Source: Eledone cirrhosa
Taxonomy: Eukaryota
Reading direction: 5' to 3'
DNA length: 64,000 nucleotides
NCBI GenBank assembly: GCA_964016885.1
Contig: OZ024740.1
Coordinates: 143,406,001-143,470,000, forward strand
Shown here: positions 12,266 through 25,700 of the stretch, piece by piece
Layout: the number at the start of each line of letters is the position of its first letter
Position numbering within the stretch: position 1 is the first letter of the stretch
Notes under the pieces: model-generated
Told to the model about the DNA's origin: nothing
Seen by the model: only the letters and a program-made list of their open reading frames with translations
The model's database searches: none
Program-made: the position numbers and the translations under genes

Positions 12266-12689
12266 TAAATATATATACTTCGTTTTTGTATTTGTTTTTC
12301 TAGATTTATTATCTGAAAACGTGTGTTGAAATAGATATTGTTATACTTTGGGAGGGTCATTCTGCCAATAAAAACATGCACCTCCTGGTTTTCATTTCAA
12401 TTTATTATATAAACTTTCAGTCAGTTCATTTAATAACTGGATGGTTGTTTAGGTCTTGAATTTCAAAGCTTTTCGGGCACACATTCTGTAACTTCAGTGA
12501 CTACCTTTGTTGTTATTTTGTGTCCCGCCTTTGTTCTGTCCTACAGAATTTTGTTTTTGTGAGCTGTGTACTTGGGCTGTGCATGTATTATATCTAGGTT
12601 TGTGTGTGTGTGTTTTTTTCTTTATACGTTTATTTACTTGTCACTAGTTGGTTGATTGTTCTATCTGTGTGTGTCAGTCGAGATGTCAT

Positions 12690-13400
12690 CCTCTGTTCAG
12701 TTAAGAAGGCCCCTCAGCTTTACCACTTTGCTTGGCAAGATTATCAGGAGCCCTCCTACTTCTCCTTCGGTGACCATTTCATCCTATCTGCCACAGGGGT
12801 CTGACGGTGACACGCTCAGACCAGCTGGGTATTGATGACGTCACCAAGATGGGAGTTGACCTGGATTTGAATGTCTGGTATCTGGATGATGCTTGTTTGG
12901 GGTGTTCTCCAGATAAGATTCATGGAACCGCAAAGACGATTGAGGAACTGAGTTGCAGGGGCTTTCATGTCAACAGTTCCAAATGCGAGCTCTGGTCCCT
13001 CAACCACCCAGCTTCACATCAACAGACTGTTGACCTGTTTACAGAGTCCTTCCCCTCTATCACGGTTCCTCCCTCATCAGCGTGGTGCTCTCTTGGAGCC
13101 CTAATTACTGACCAAACCTTCGAGTCCATCTTTCACTCTAAGTTGGCTAATCTTGAGCAAATTTTAAAAAATCTCGAAGCTTCACCAAAGTTTTTTTATA
13201 CTTATGAATTACATCAATTCCTAAATTGTTGTATTTCATCAGAATTAGCCCCTCTTACAAAATTTCGTCAACTCTCCAATACTTTGATGACTTAATATTC
13301 AATGAGCTCAAGGGCTTGGTCAATGTCTCTCTCCAGAATCCCACAACCAGGCTCCCTTGCCTAAACAGTTTGGAGGTCTGAGAATTGCTATCACTTGATC
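12690..13400 (+). mobile_element. CRE-clade LINE RT fragment; duplicate at about 60405-61110
   Basis: ILSATGV..., LNVWYLDDACL and VNSSKCEL motifs; degenerate. Confidence 0.7.
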
Positions 13401-13999
13401 CTTTTCTTACTCATGTCTGCGATGAACATGACTTATATTCCTTTCTGCATATACTGTAATGAAACAAAAAACGTTTTTCAGCTATGGCTAGCCACAATGT
13501 TCATGCAACACACATGAAAGTTGTTTAGATGAAGCAATGCCTGTGTTTGAAGCTTTTTTAAGAAAGACCTTGCACTGGGCCAATCCCACTCTGAACAACT
13601 GTGATAGGTATCCAGAAACAAGAACAGGTCAACATCATTGGCTGCCATTGAGTCACAGGTTTTACATCAGTTTTCCTTCTAGAATGATGTCCTAACAAGG
13701 CCTAAGGGTCTCACACTTCCGGTGGGCTAAACACACACTCAGGCACCAAACCGAGTACTCAAAGTACCTGCATATATATTATATTATGTATATATAAGAG
13801 AGTGTTGTAGTTTGGTTGAAGCATTGTCTGTAGTGTTATTTGAAGGCTATGACAATGCAAAATGAATGATAAATTTTTAAAATGAAAGCAAAGAAGATTT
13901 TTGTGTTACCTGGTAGTTTATTTATCAGTCTTTATATTTCAGGATTAAAAAAACAAACTAGTTCAGAGCTGTACATTTTGTTTGTTATAGAATCGCCAT

Positions 14000-15010
14000 C
14001 TTACTTTCTTTGTTTGGAAACGATGGTTTATTTATAACTGCCAGAAATGGTGGAAGATTGGCATTATATGTGGACTACTATATGTGTGTACATTTTTATG
14101 TCAAATATAGGTTTCCTCGTAGTGAAGGGCTGGAGAGAGCTAACTGTGTATCTAGTCCCTCCTTGCAGATCACCATGGTTATTTTTTTGCTGAAGTGTAG
14201 TAACTCCAGAAAGCAGGTGTTGGAGGAGGTCTTACATTTCCAGCATTTTGGACCCCGAAGACGACTTTTGATGAATGTTGGATATTCATTGGTCTCTAGG
14301 AAGTGTGCGGTGTAGGGGACCTGGTCCTCTGCCTTGCTGCATTTTTTTCCAGGAATGTGTGAATTTATTCCTTATGTATCAGGTTTTAGCACCAATGAGC
14401 AAACAGGTCTCTGCAATTGGTTTTTCTGTAGAAGTTATGGATGTCACCTTCTGTTATCCTGAGTTGGTAGTCAAGTAGAGACAGGGATCCAGGGCAGTTA
14501 TGGTTTTCTACGCTGAACTACATGTTATCATCCTTGTTTATGAACATGGTAGATATTCCATTGGCCTCTTCATCAGAGAATGTGAGTAAGAGTACGTCAT
14601 CTATGTATCTAGTGAAGAAGGTACAGGAGCGACAGGTGTTGAACGTTTGATGTTCTAGCTGGTCATGTAGGTGATGGCTAATAGGCCTGAAAGATTGGAT
14701 CCCATGGGTAGACTTGTTTGTTTGTAGGTGTGGTGATGGAAGGTGAAGTATGTGTTTTCTACAATACTGATAGGAGGTGGTGAGGCCAAAGTTGTATAGG
14801 TCGGAAGAAATGATGCAATCAGTCACAAGGTTGACCACTGGGTGAGTGGGTACTGATGTGTAGGAGACAACATTGAGGCTAAAGGTGTATCTGTTAAGTT
14901 TAAGTTGACCTGTATTTGTTAGGAAGTTGTCTTTGCCTACAGATATCAGCCTAGACTCTGTTAATGTGGTCTTCAATTTGGGTTGATGTTGTCTATTATT
15001 TCCGAAATAA
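14000..15010 (-). mobile_element. Decayed Penelope-like RT fragment; duplicate at about 61715-62725
   Basis: FSLNVVSYTSVP, FFTRYIDDVLL and SLSLLD motifs. Confidence 0.7.
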
Positions 15011-16061
15011 TCCATTGTTGCTGTGGTATTCAAATACCAGCTTGTTGTAGATGTCACAAGTGACAATGCAAAATTCTTTCCCTTAAATCACAAATTAAGG
15101 TACAAAGCAACGTATATATACAAAAATTATGTGTCAGTGTATAAACAGAAACTAAGTACATTTCATAATTTCTTTGTTTGTTTTTTGTTTTTTTTATTTT
15201 CAACATATAGATACAATAGAAAATAACTTTCTTCCTGTTTCCACCATTCATCTATGGTTCTTGTGATGTTTTGTGTTCTTCAGATTCACTTGTACAAGAT
15301 ATGTAATTCCTGTCATTTTCTCTGCTGAAAGATGGGGCAAACAATGCATGCAAAGACAAGGTGAACTCTCTAACTGTTAGAATATTTTATATGAATAGAC
15401 TACACAAAGTTGTGACAAAGTTCTTTGACATGTCTACTACTGCTGGTCCTGATTGTGGCAAAGCAGAAATAATATATTAAAAATTTCAAGATACCATGGG
15501 TCAACTGTGTTGGCTTGGGGGTAGACAATTGCTGCATAAACATGGGACAACCTAATTTAGTCATGTCTAGAATTCACAATATAAACAGTGCTTTAATTTT
15601 TATTAAGATACCCTTGTCATCTCATACATGACATTGCTTCCTTTCAGTCAAATTTAAAGATGTATGTGGTTTTTGACTTTTGCATTGATCTATTTTACTT
15701 TTTGGATAAGAGTACAAAATGAAAGGAGGAGTTAGAAGAGTTTTGTTGCTTTTACGATAGAGAATATAGGGGAATTTTAAAGAATGTCAACAAGGTGGTT
15801 AAGCCTAGAAATGGCAATTAATTGGGTTCTACTTTTTGATGCACTGCAGTTTTTTTCATATCCTGTGATAAGCATCTCAACTTTATATGTTTGAAAGCAC
15901 CCCTTCTAAACTCTCATGTTAAAAATATATTTACTATTCTATCAGGTTGTTCTGCCATCTTTCACCAATTTTAATAAAGACCTTTCCATTCACCTGCTAG
16001 ACTGAATTACATTCTTTTTTGGTAGAAACTTTTAAGTAAATTTATAAAGTCGAAAGCTATC

Positions 16062-16870
16062 TATCTATATATATAAAACTGAGGATGTGTGTGTGTATGT
16101 GCATACCCACATAACTTCCACAGTTTGCAACCGACTTTCTTCAAATTTGGAACAAACATGCATTATGTTCCCAGGAGTGTTTTGGACTCATAAAATTTCA
16201 AGTTTTTGTCTAATGTGGCCCCTAGATAAATATTAGTTGGTTGCATGAAAACTACACACATACATATACATCTAAAGAGAGAGAGAGAGAGTGAGATAGG
16301 CCGTTATACAGAGAGAGATAAAGATATTCAGATAGAGAGAGAGAATGGCGACGAACGCTGGTTTACACATGCACACACATAAAGAGAGAGATATCTGTGC
16401 GTTCTTGATTGTTCTTCATTCTGTAGAGAAAGATAGAGAGGGTATGAGAAAAAAGAGAGAGAGGGGTTCAGAAAGAAAGAAAGATTGTAGGGGGTTGGGG
16501 AGGGAAGAAAATGATAGCAGCGTTCAATAACTTTAACTTTTATTTATTTATTTATTCTTTAGAAACTAAAAAAAAAGAATCAATCTGTGGACACAGAAGT
16601 AAATATTTTTTTAAATGTTACAACCGAAGGAAACCAGGAAGATAATACTTTCGTTCGTGAAGATGTTCCCTGGCAATAAATGGGAAAAAAGCGAGGATAA
16701 TTATGTCGTTGTGTGGGGTGATGAGAACAATGTCTTGAAAAGACAAAAACACGTTTATGGTTTAAATGGAGACGTTAGACTTATATTCTATTTAGAATAA
16801 CTGGATGATTCTCGGCTCCGGAGTTTAAGAATAATGTAAATAAAGTTGTTAAACGGAAATGACAGAGGCT
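16062..16870 (+). mobile_element. Helitron/HINE-like non-autonomous element
   Basis: TCTATATATATAAA start, (TG)n tract and ccgactttcttcaaattt motif. Related pieces at about 3770-3930 and 39115-39245. Confidence 0.5.
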
Positions 16871-16889
16871 ATTAAAATAGTAAAAGTAA

Positions 16890-17073
16890 ATAATTGTTTT
16901 TACTTTTTGGCACAAAGCCAGAAATTATTCCAGTGTATACTGGTACTTTATTTTATCGACCCCGTAAGGATGAAAGGCAAAGTTAACCTCAGCGGGATTT
17001 GAACTCAGACCATAAAGAGCCGTAACCCTTTGCTGCAAAGCATGGCGTCAGGCTCTTTACCGATACTGCCAAT
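16890..17073 (-). mobile_element. SINE family 2
   Basis: Same sequence family as 11911-12094. Confidence 0.8.
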
Positions 17074-17699
17074 CCTCCGATTTAGGCCAGTGCATAAATA
17101 TGCGCTGACGCATACATACGCATCATACATATATATATACACACACAAATATACTTATATGAGCAGCCAGTTTGAACAGAAAAAGATGAGAGAATTCTGG
17201 TCAGATATGGCTGGTTTATGCTAGTGTGGAAGATAGACGTTAAACGATGATGATGATGATGATATATATATAATATACTTACATATACACACATATATAC
17301 ATGCACACATACACATATACAGATACACACATACATATACCTACATGTATAGGCCTAAAAACATATATATATATACACACATACACAAATTCACATATGT
17401 ACATACATACATATGCATATATACATATAACACATACACATACATATATATATATACATGCATATATACACATATTCATATACATACATACACATGACTG
17501 CTATTTAATACCCTCTGCTAGTTTTAAGTAGAATATCTTGTTTGAAAGAAGACTATGTAAAAAAATAAAGAAAATCATATGAGCTGTATGGATGTCTTTA
17601 TTGGAATTATAACTCTCCTAAAACACAGAGTGAGTTTCTAGAGAATGCATCTCTTGTTTTCTGACACTTCCATATATATAGGTGAGCTATGAGGCCCTC

Positions 17700-18755
17700 T
17701 TACCAGCACTTTCCCTTCCACCCACACACGTCAGCCACCCACCCCTGATGCCGCTCGGTGCCCCACACCCCATCCCCCATCCCTCCAAGCTGACACCTGC
17801 TGCATTTGCAGCACCACTAACAAACGAAAGAGGGGCCGGAACTGTTTGGGGTGCGGCTGCTTCCACCACCTCACCTGTGTTGGCTTGACTCGTCGAACTT
17901 CCAATGCCCTCGCAGCGTGGAGGTGCAGGAGCTGCCCTTCCCCACGACTTCCCAGCCACGGCCGTCTGGCACACCACCACATGGGACATGGAGCTTGCCT
18001 GACGCCCGAGCCTCGCTGGTCAACATCGCTCGGCTCAGGCGGTTCCGGAAGATCACACTCAGGATCCCGAGAGCGGCACAGGTGCCGGTAGCTGATGCCC
18101 TCGCTTCCTCAATTGAGAGCGCCCTGGACTCCAATCGAGCCAGTGACTGGGAGCGGCTGTTCTATTTCACCCCACTTGCCTTCGGCCTCCCCAGTTCTGG
18201 CGCTGAATGGGGCGGCCGGTCAACAGCAGCCTTCGTCAAGGCAATATCAAACACCCTGGGCCACCCACTGATCTCAGACCCATACCCCCACCCGACTCCC
18301 ACTTGCTCCTTGTGGCTTCTGATGCAGACATCAAGTCCTTCCCAGCTAGCAGCTGTGGAAGTGAGGATGGTCTCCGACCAGGCCACCTCAAGGAGTTCAC
18401 ATCCCCCCTCTCCGCTGAGGCCGGGTGCCGCCTTCTGAGTGCAATTGTGGCGCTCACCAATAGGCTCATCCATGGTGCCCTGGACTCTTACGCCCGAGGC
18501 CTCTTTTTTGGGGCCAGCCTCACCGCTCTCAGGAAGAAAAAGGGTGGCATACGCCCCATTGCTGTGGGCAATGTCTTCCGGAGGCTGGCTGCCAAGGTGA
18601 TCTGCAAGTCCGTAACACACAAACTGGGTGTCGGCATGTCCGGTGGCTGTGAGGGGGCCGCTCATGCAACCAGGCAGTTCTTCAACAGCTGCCGCTTGGA
18701 ACCGGCATCCAGGGACTCCAGGCACCTCATTGTCAAGCTTGACATGAGGAGAATC
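17700..18755 (+). mobile_element. CRE-clade LINE 5'/RT fragment with PHD-like finger
   Basis: GC-rich. GCGCFHHLTCV...WRCRSC, then DGLRPGHL, GGIRPIAVGNVFRRL, LGVG..GGCE and VKLD. Confidence 0.75.
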
Positions 18756-18802
18756 TTTGCCGTTGAATGATGATTTTTTGAGTTGTACAGGTTTTACTTG
18801 TA

Positions 18803-21800
18803 ACATCTCCCACACCCCTTCCTGTGCCTCCAACCTATCCCTTCCACCCACCCAACGAAATCCAAAACTTCAGAGTTGGTACCATGAATGTAGGCACTTT
18901 GAAAGTTTGCTCTAACGAGGTTGTAGAGATGCTTGAACGTAAGGAAGTTGATGTTTGTTGTGTTCAAGGACTAGATTCATTGTGGGTAAAAAACGATGCT
19001 ATAAACTTTTCTGGGTGGGGTGGTGTAGGAATTATGTTAGCAGAAAAATGGGTAGATAAGGTAATGCCGTAAATAGAGTGAACGACAGAATAATTAAAAT
19101 AAGACTAGTCCTAAATAGAAGTACTGTGACAATAATATCTGCTTATGCATGTTTCTTGGTCCATTTACCTATCAGTATTTAAATTGTTATTAATCTGTTA
19201 TATGTTTGTTTAACTTAGAATCTAATCTTTTCAATATTATCGATAAATCTGTTGGACCCTCAAAAATAATCTTCTCGCATTTAAACTCCTATTATTTGTT
19301 ATATGCTCGTTTAACTTTTCAATAATAAATTTGAATCTGTCAGACCTTTATAAAAATAATCTTCTCGTAAACTTTCCCATTTCTCCCCCCCCCCCTTCTT
19401 TGACAATGTCAAAGGTAAAGATAAATTCACCTCCTGTTGTCGGGCGAGAATGCAAGAACTCCTCTTTATTTCAGGCACGGATGGCCAAAATAATCCCATC
19501 TCCCACACCCCTTCCTGTGCCTCCAACCTATCCCTTCCACCCACCCAACGAAATCCAAAACTTCAGAGTTGGTACCATGAATGTAGGCACTTTGAAAGTT
19601 TGCTCTAACGAGGTTGTAGAGATGCTTGAACGTAAGGAAGTTGATGTTTGTTGTGTTCAAGGACTAGATTCATTGTGGGTAAAAAACGATGCTATAAACT
19701 TTTCTGGGTGGGGTGGGGTGGTGTAGGAATTATGTTAGCAGAAAAATGGGTAGATAAGGTAATGCCGTAAATAGAGTGAACGACAGAATAATTAAAATAA
19801 GACTATTCCTAAATAGAAGTACTGTGACAATAATATCTGCTTATGCATCTCAATCTGGCCTACCTGATGTTATAAAAGACAGATTCTATGAGTCGCTAAT
19901 GCTCACTACCTCCCAAATAACTGACAGTGACTACATAATTATTGGTGGTGACCTTAATGGTCATGTTGGACAACATTGTGATGGCTATGACGGGATCCAT
20001 GGAGGCTATGGGTTTGGTACTAGGAATGAGGACGGCTTCAGAATCCTGGAATTCTGTGATGCTAATAACCTAACTATCTGTAACACAAACTTCAAAAACC
20101 GAGACAATCACTTGATCACTTATAGATCAGGGGAACACACCAGTCAGATAGATTATATCCTTACTAGAAGACGTGACAGAGTGTCTGTTGTAAATACTAA
20201 ATCCCTCCCCCGTGAAGAATGCACCTCCCAAGTGCACCGCCTCATAGTTAGCAACCTCATACCCAAGACTAGACATACTCGACAACAGAGGAGAAGAATA
20301 TGGAAGTTGAAGGACCCCACAGCCTGTAACAAATTTAAAAGTATATTACTTGATGCTTTTGACAGTAAGAAAGAGCAATTAGAGACGTACAGCATCTGGA
20401 ATGGTGGGACACACTATGGTCACCTGGATAGTAAACCAAGTAATACAGAATGGAATCATACCAAATGACTGGCGTAGCAGCATCATCATTAACTGCTACA
20501 AGGGTAAAGGAGATGCTCTAGATAGGGGAAATTATAGAGGCATTAAGTTAGTTGACCAGGTCATGAAGGTCACAGAAAGAGTTATAGTGCAACTAATCAG
20601 AGAGCGAATTGATCTAGATGAAATGCAGTTTGGGTTTGTGTCAGGTAAAAGTACCACACACTCTTTTCATTGTACGACAACTACAGGAGAAGTACCTAGA
20701 TAAAAGTAAACCCCTCTACTTAGCTTTTATTGACTTGGAGAAAGCCTTTGACAGAGTCTCCCCACCCCCCTTCATTATCTGGTGGACTCTTAGAAAACTT
20801 GGTGTTGATGAATGGCTTGTGATAGCTATACAAGCCATGTATAGAGGAACAGTCAGCAAGGTTAGAATTAACAATAAATATAGTGAAGAATTTAGCATCA
20901 AAGTTGGTGTTCATCAAGGCTCTGTCCTTAGCCCCCTCTTATTTATTATTGCCCTTCAAGCTATAACAGAGGAGTTCAAGACCGGCTGCCCATGGGAACT
21001 TCTATATGCAGATGATCTAACTCTCATAGCTGAATCGATGGCTGAACTAGAGAAGAAATTCCAAACATGAAAGCATGGCCTAGAATCAAAAGGCCTTAAA
21101 GTTAACTTGTCTAAGACTAAAGTTCTAGTATGTAGAAAGGAAAATAGGGCACAGGTGCCCTCTGGGAAATGACCATGCTCAGTGTGTAGGAAAGGAGAAG
21201 GCAGAAATTCCATTTTATGTCCCAAATGCAAACTATGGGTACATAAAAGATGTAGTGGGATCACAGGTAAATTATCTAAGAACGTAGATTTTATATGTGG
21301 TCGATGCTCAGGTTCAATAAGTAGCAAGTGCCCACAGGATACTAGCTCCTTCTATTGCCCAGATGGTTCTATAGAAATAGTGGACACTTTCCGTTGCCTG
21401 GGTGACAAAATCAGCAGTGGTGGAGGGTGCTCTGAAAGTACAGTAGCCAGAGTCAGAACGGGATGGAAAAAGTTCAGAGAGCTTATACCATTATTGGCCA
21501 CTAAAGGTTTCTCTCTAAAAATGAAAGGTAGATTGTAAGATGCCTGTATACAAACAGCAATGTCTAATAGTAATATACGCGAATGGCAAAAGATAAATGA
21601 ACTAAGTGAGAAATTAGGAATAAGAGGGATCAGATGCTGTTTACTTCAGAGAAGACTATGTTGGTATGGTCACGTGATGCACATGAAAGACGACAGCTGT
21701 ATAAAAAAGTGCAGGGCGATCAAAATTGATGGAAGTTACAGAGTAGGTAGACCCAGAAAAACCTGGGATGATTTGATAAATTCCGACCTTACACACTTAC

Positions 21801-22267
21801 ACCTCTCTAAGACAATGTTACTGGACCGAGATCTTTGTGCATAGTGAAACCTTCAGTCAGTAGGCACCGCTTAACCAACGCCTTGCCTATGTGCATAGTG
21901 AAACCTACAGTCAGTAGGCACTGCTTAACCAAATATACACCCCATCCTACTACCCCCTACTCCACCCTCCCACTCCCGCCAACACCACCCTTTCCCTGTA
22001 AAGTTATGTTGGTACCACAACATCCACTCCAAAATAAATGAGGTTGTGTAGGTCTCATGATAAAAAAACACAGTCCATGCTGTAATGTGGCCGTGTAGGT
22101 AACACAGTAAAAAGCTCCCAGTCCACACTGTAAATGTGGTTGGTGTTAGGAAGGGCATCCAGCCGTAGCAAACCTGCCAGCCAGTCCTATACGAGCAAGA
22201 CACGGTCACCCGACCGTCTAAACCCATGCTAGCGTGGAAGATAGACATTAAACAATGATGATGATGA
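18803..22267 (+). mobile_element. RTE family A LINE (about 19398-22267), plus a duplicate of its 5' part (18803-19150)
   Basis: APE, RT (GVHQGSVLSP, YADD), Cys finger and (GAT)n tail, with stops and internal deletions. Confidence 0.9.
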
Positions 22268-22663
22268 CATTTCTTGTATTCAAAGACAAACAGAAGAGTA
22301 AAGACTTCTGGTTATGAACATCAGAAAGAGTAAAGAACTTAGAGAAATTAATGGATGTTCATTGATTTCATCTGTCCAGTAAAATCGGCTGCAATAATAT
22401 ACAAACGGTGTAAAATATAAACTTCAGGTATCAACATTTACATATGACTCATTTTTATTTGAGTATTGACAATAAATCATCATCATCATTTAATGTCTAT
22501 TTTCCATGCTAACATGGGTTAGACGAGTTGTCCCATTTGAAGCAAGTCAGGTAAGATGTTACAGTGTTTCTCTCATTGATAATTCGACAATCACAAAAAT
22601 AATGTTTAAAAAAAAATCTTGTATTTTGAACTAAAATATTTTGCTTTTTCATTTTTTCAGATA

Positions 22664-22703
22664 ATGAAGATTCTACCACTACTCTATTTGCTGGCAATGA
22701 CTT
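22664..22703 (+). CDS. Coding exon 1 (signal peptide N-part, MKILPLLYLLAMT)
   Basis: Acceptor ttttttcag ends at 22660, ATG at 22664, donor GTAAGT at 22704, phase 1. Confidence 0.85.
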
Positions 22704-25700
22704 GTAAGTGATTTATCACCATCACCATCAACATCATCATCACCGTTTTACATCTGCTTTTCTATGCTTGCATGGGTTGGAAGTGTCTTTTCTAGCACAA
22801 CCTCCTTCTACTCATTGTGGTACTTCGTCATCTCTGGTACCTTCAGCAATTTCAGATGAGCACTCAAAACCTCTGCCCTGATCTGCCTTGGACGCTTAAT
22901 GCAGCTTTCTTCCACTGGCATTTGTGCATCCAAACGGAAGACGGGTAAATTCGTATATTCGGCCACAGGCTTCGAATGCAGTCAACTTAAAGTCGGAAGA
23001 TTTGATGGGTATTTGGTGATAAGCTGCCTTTAGATCTATTTTCGAGAAATACGTGTTTTGAAATTTTGTTGAGTAGGTCTTCGATTATGGCATTAGTGGT
23101 GTGTAACGATTTATAGTGCCTGAGTAGTCTATGACAAGCCTTTTTTTGTTTTCTTGATCTATTACGAAACACTGCGCTCTCCATGGGCTTCTGCTCTGTT
23201 GAATTATTCCAGCTTTAAGCATTCTGTCGATTTCCGTTTTAATGAATTGCTGATCTTTATTGTATTTTCGAGGAGGTATAGATAATGGTTTTAATTTTGT
23301 AGTATCGATTCCAGGCATTAAATCATATTCTTCACAATTCAGAGTTTGCATTGACATACATATCGTGACTGCTCTCATGTCCCCTGCATATTTTATTGTT
23401 AAAGACTTATGCCTTTTAAGTATATCAAGAGCCATAACTACTGGAGCAAAGAGTTTGTCAACCACCATTAGATCGATGTGGTATTCTCGGCCCTCCCATT
23501 CTAATGTTGTTTCAAATGTACCTCGTATTATGAGTTTACTGTTGTCGGCTAAAATTACACTCTTATTCTTAGTTTTCTTGAATTTACTTTGCCATTTCGA
23601 CAAGTGGTTCATGTCAATGAAAGACTTGTCTGAGCCTGTGTCAAGTAAACCTTCTGTTTTATGTGAATTGACATAAATTGTTAAAAAGTTTGTATTATGA
23701 TTCACGGAAGCAAGTTTATAGCAGGCAGCAAGATTACTGCCATCATTGGAGCCCTCGTTATTATTCAAGACTGCTGCGTGTTTTATCTTCTTTAGTACCT
23801 TCTTATTTTTAACAAAACATACTGTTGCCCAGTGGCCTTTCTTGTGGCAGAAATTGCAAGTTGAATTTTTTGCAGGGCACTCTGATTTTTGGTGATATGT
23901 ACTACCACACCAGAAACATTTTAATGAAGAAGCAGCGAATACGGGTTGTGACGGCGGTTGTATTGTTGTTGTTGACAGATTTTGTGCGTCTTCTATTGCC
24001 AGTTCTAATGTGAGAGCGGTTTGGAATGTTTTATCTAGATTTTTGAAACTCCTACCTGTATCTTGAATACATCACTAAACTCATTACCTGCTCTCATTTT
24101 ACTGACAGCACCTTTGTACATAGCTTGCATGGCTCTCATAACCCACTCATCTACACCCAGCTTCCTTAAGGACCACCAGATAACAGATCAATGTATAATT
24201 CTCTCTACAAGTATTAAATGTGTTATTATTCTAACAAAAGTAGAAATCCAGTTTTTCTTATCTGTAATTCAGCAACAAGCCTTTTAAGACCATTTTCCTT
24301 GCTATATTAAGGGTTATCCCTTCATGGCATCCTTTTTGAGGCAATATTTTACAGCCACATTCCCTTCCTGTTGAAACCTCTTTTAGTCACCTCTTACAAC
24401 ACACATGGTTATGTAAAATCTGAAAATATATTTTCATCTTTTATAGATATATCAATGGTCAATGCAAAGCTTAACATTGAAGCAAATGGTAATTGTATTA
24501 TAAAAATCTTTGATTTTAAAACCAGATGCTATCTTTTCTACTCTGCTTTCTGCTTCTTTCTCATAGTTAATAATCTTTAGTCACTAAATATATTTCCTCC
24601 TTTGAATGGGCAAAATTTCATCTTCAGAGCCCAAAAGACAATAATGATTATAAATATGATTGTGATTATAATATTGATTGTAGTAATACAAACTGTTATC
24701 TTAAAATATCAATTTGACAAAACTGTAGAAAGTAACTAAAGACTATTTAGTAAAAACAAATGTATATATATATATATATCAGCAGCAGCAGCAGCACTTA
24801 ACATCTATTTTCCCTACTTTTGAGGATTGAATAGGTCGTTATAGAATAAGTCAGTACTTAATTGAAGCCAATAGCCTCTCAACAAGTCAGGTATCACATC
24901 TCACTTACATACATTCCTGAAATGTACATGTTGTAACAGATGCATTTTATCATGGCACCAGCTCTAGAGGGGTTTTTGTACCCTTGATAAAACTGAAGAG
25001 GCTTCACAACTCTTTGTTGGCCCAGTTTTCTATGACTGAATACCCTTCCTATCACCAACCACCTTATAGAATGTACTGGCTGGTTTTCTCATGTTGCCAA
25101 CACTAGAGGGGTTTTCATGCCCTTAACACAACTGAAGCGTCCTCTTGACCCTTTTTTGGTGTGGTTTTTCCAGCTGGACGCCTCTCCTATCACTAACCAC
25201 CTTACAAAGTGTACTGACTGCATCTTTTGTGGCACCAGCACTAGGGCAGTAGTCACGGTGTAGTCCTACAGATGGAAGCTCTTCCTAACACTAACCACTT
25301 TGATGGGGGAGGTAAGAAGGATGATGTATATATGTGCACACACATACATATTACATATATGAATACATGTTCAGAATTCTGTACATTTTTGGAGACACTT
25401 GTGATCTGTACATAAGTTGGTATAACATGTGAGTAATGTAGCATGTCATCAGGGTCATGGTCCTTGAAAGACTTTCAGTTGTCTCCAATGGTAACATGAC
25501 ACAAGATGATTAAAACTTAAGGATCTGCTGCAATATCTTCCGTCTTCTTCGTCATTATGTGAGTTAATTTAACACCTGCTTTATCACTATTGAAGATTGA
25601 AGACAATGAAACGCATTTAGTCTGAATCCTCACCCTCAACTTTGCAATCTTTAAAGACCCTACTAGGAGGACAAACCTTCTGATGACATCACTGTCAAGG

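Larger units (their letters stand above)
10058..16285 (+). repeat. Segmental duplication, copy A
   Basis: Near-identical to 57788-64000; for example ORF 12807 is identical to ORF 60521 and ORF 14010 to ORF 61724. Confidence 0.97.
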
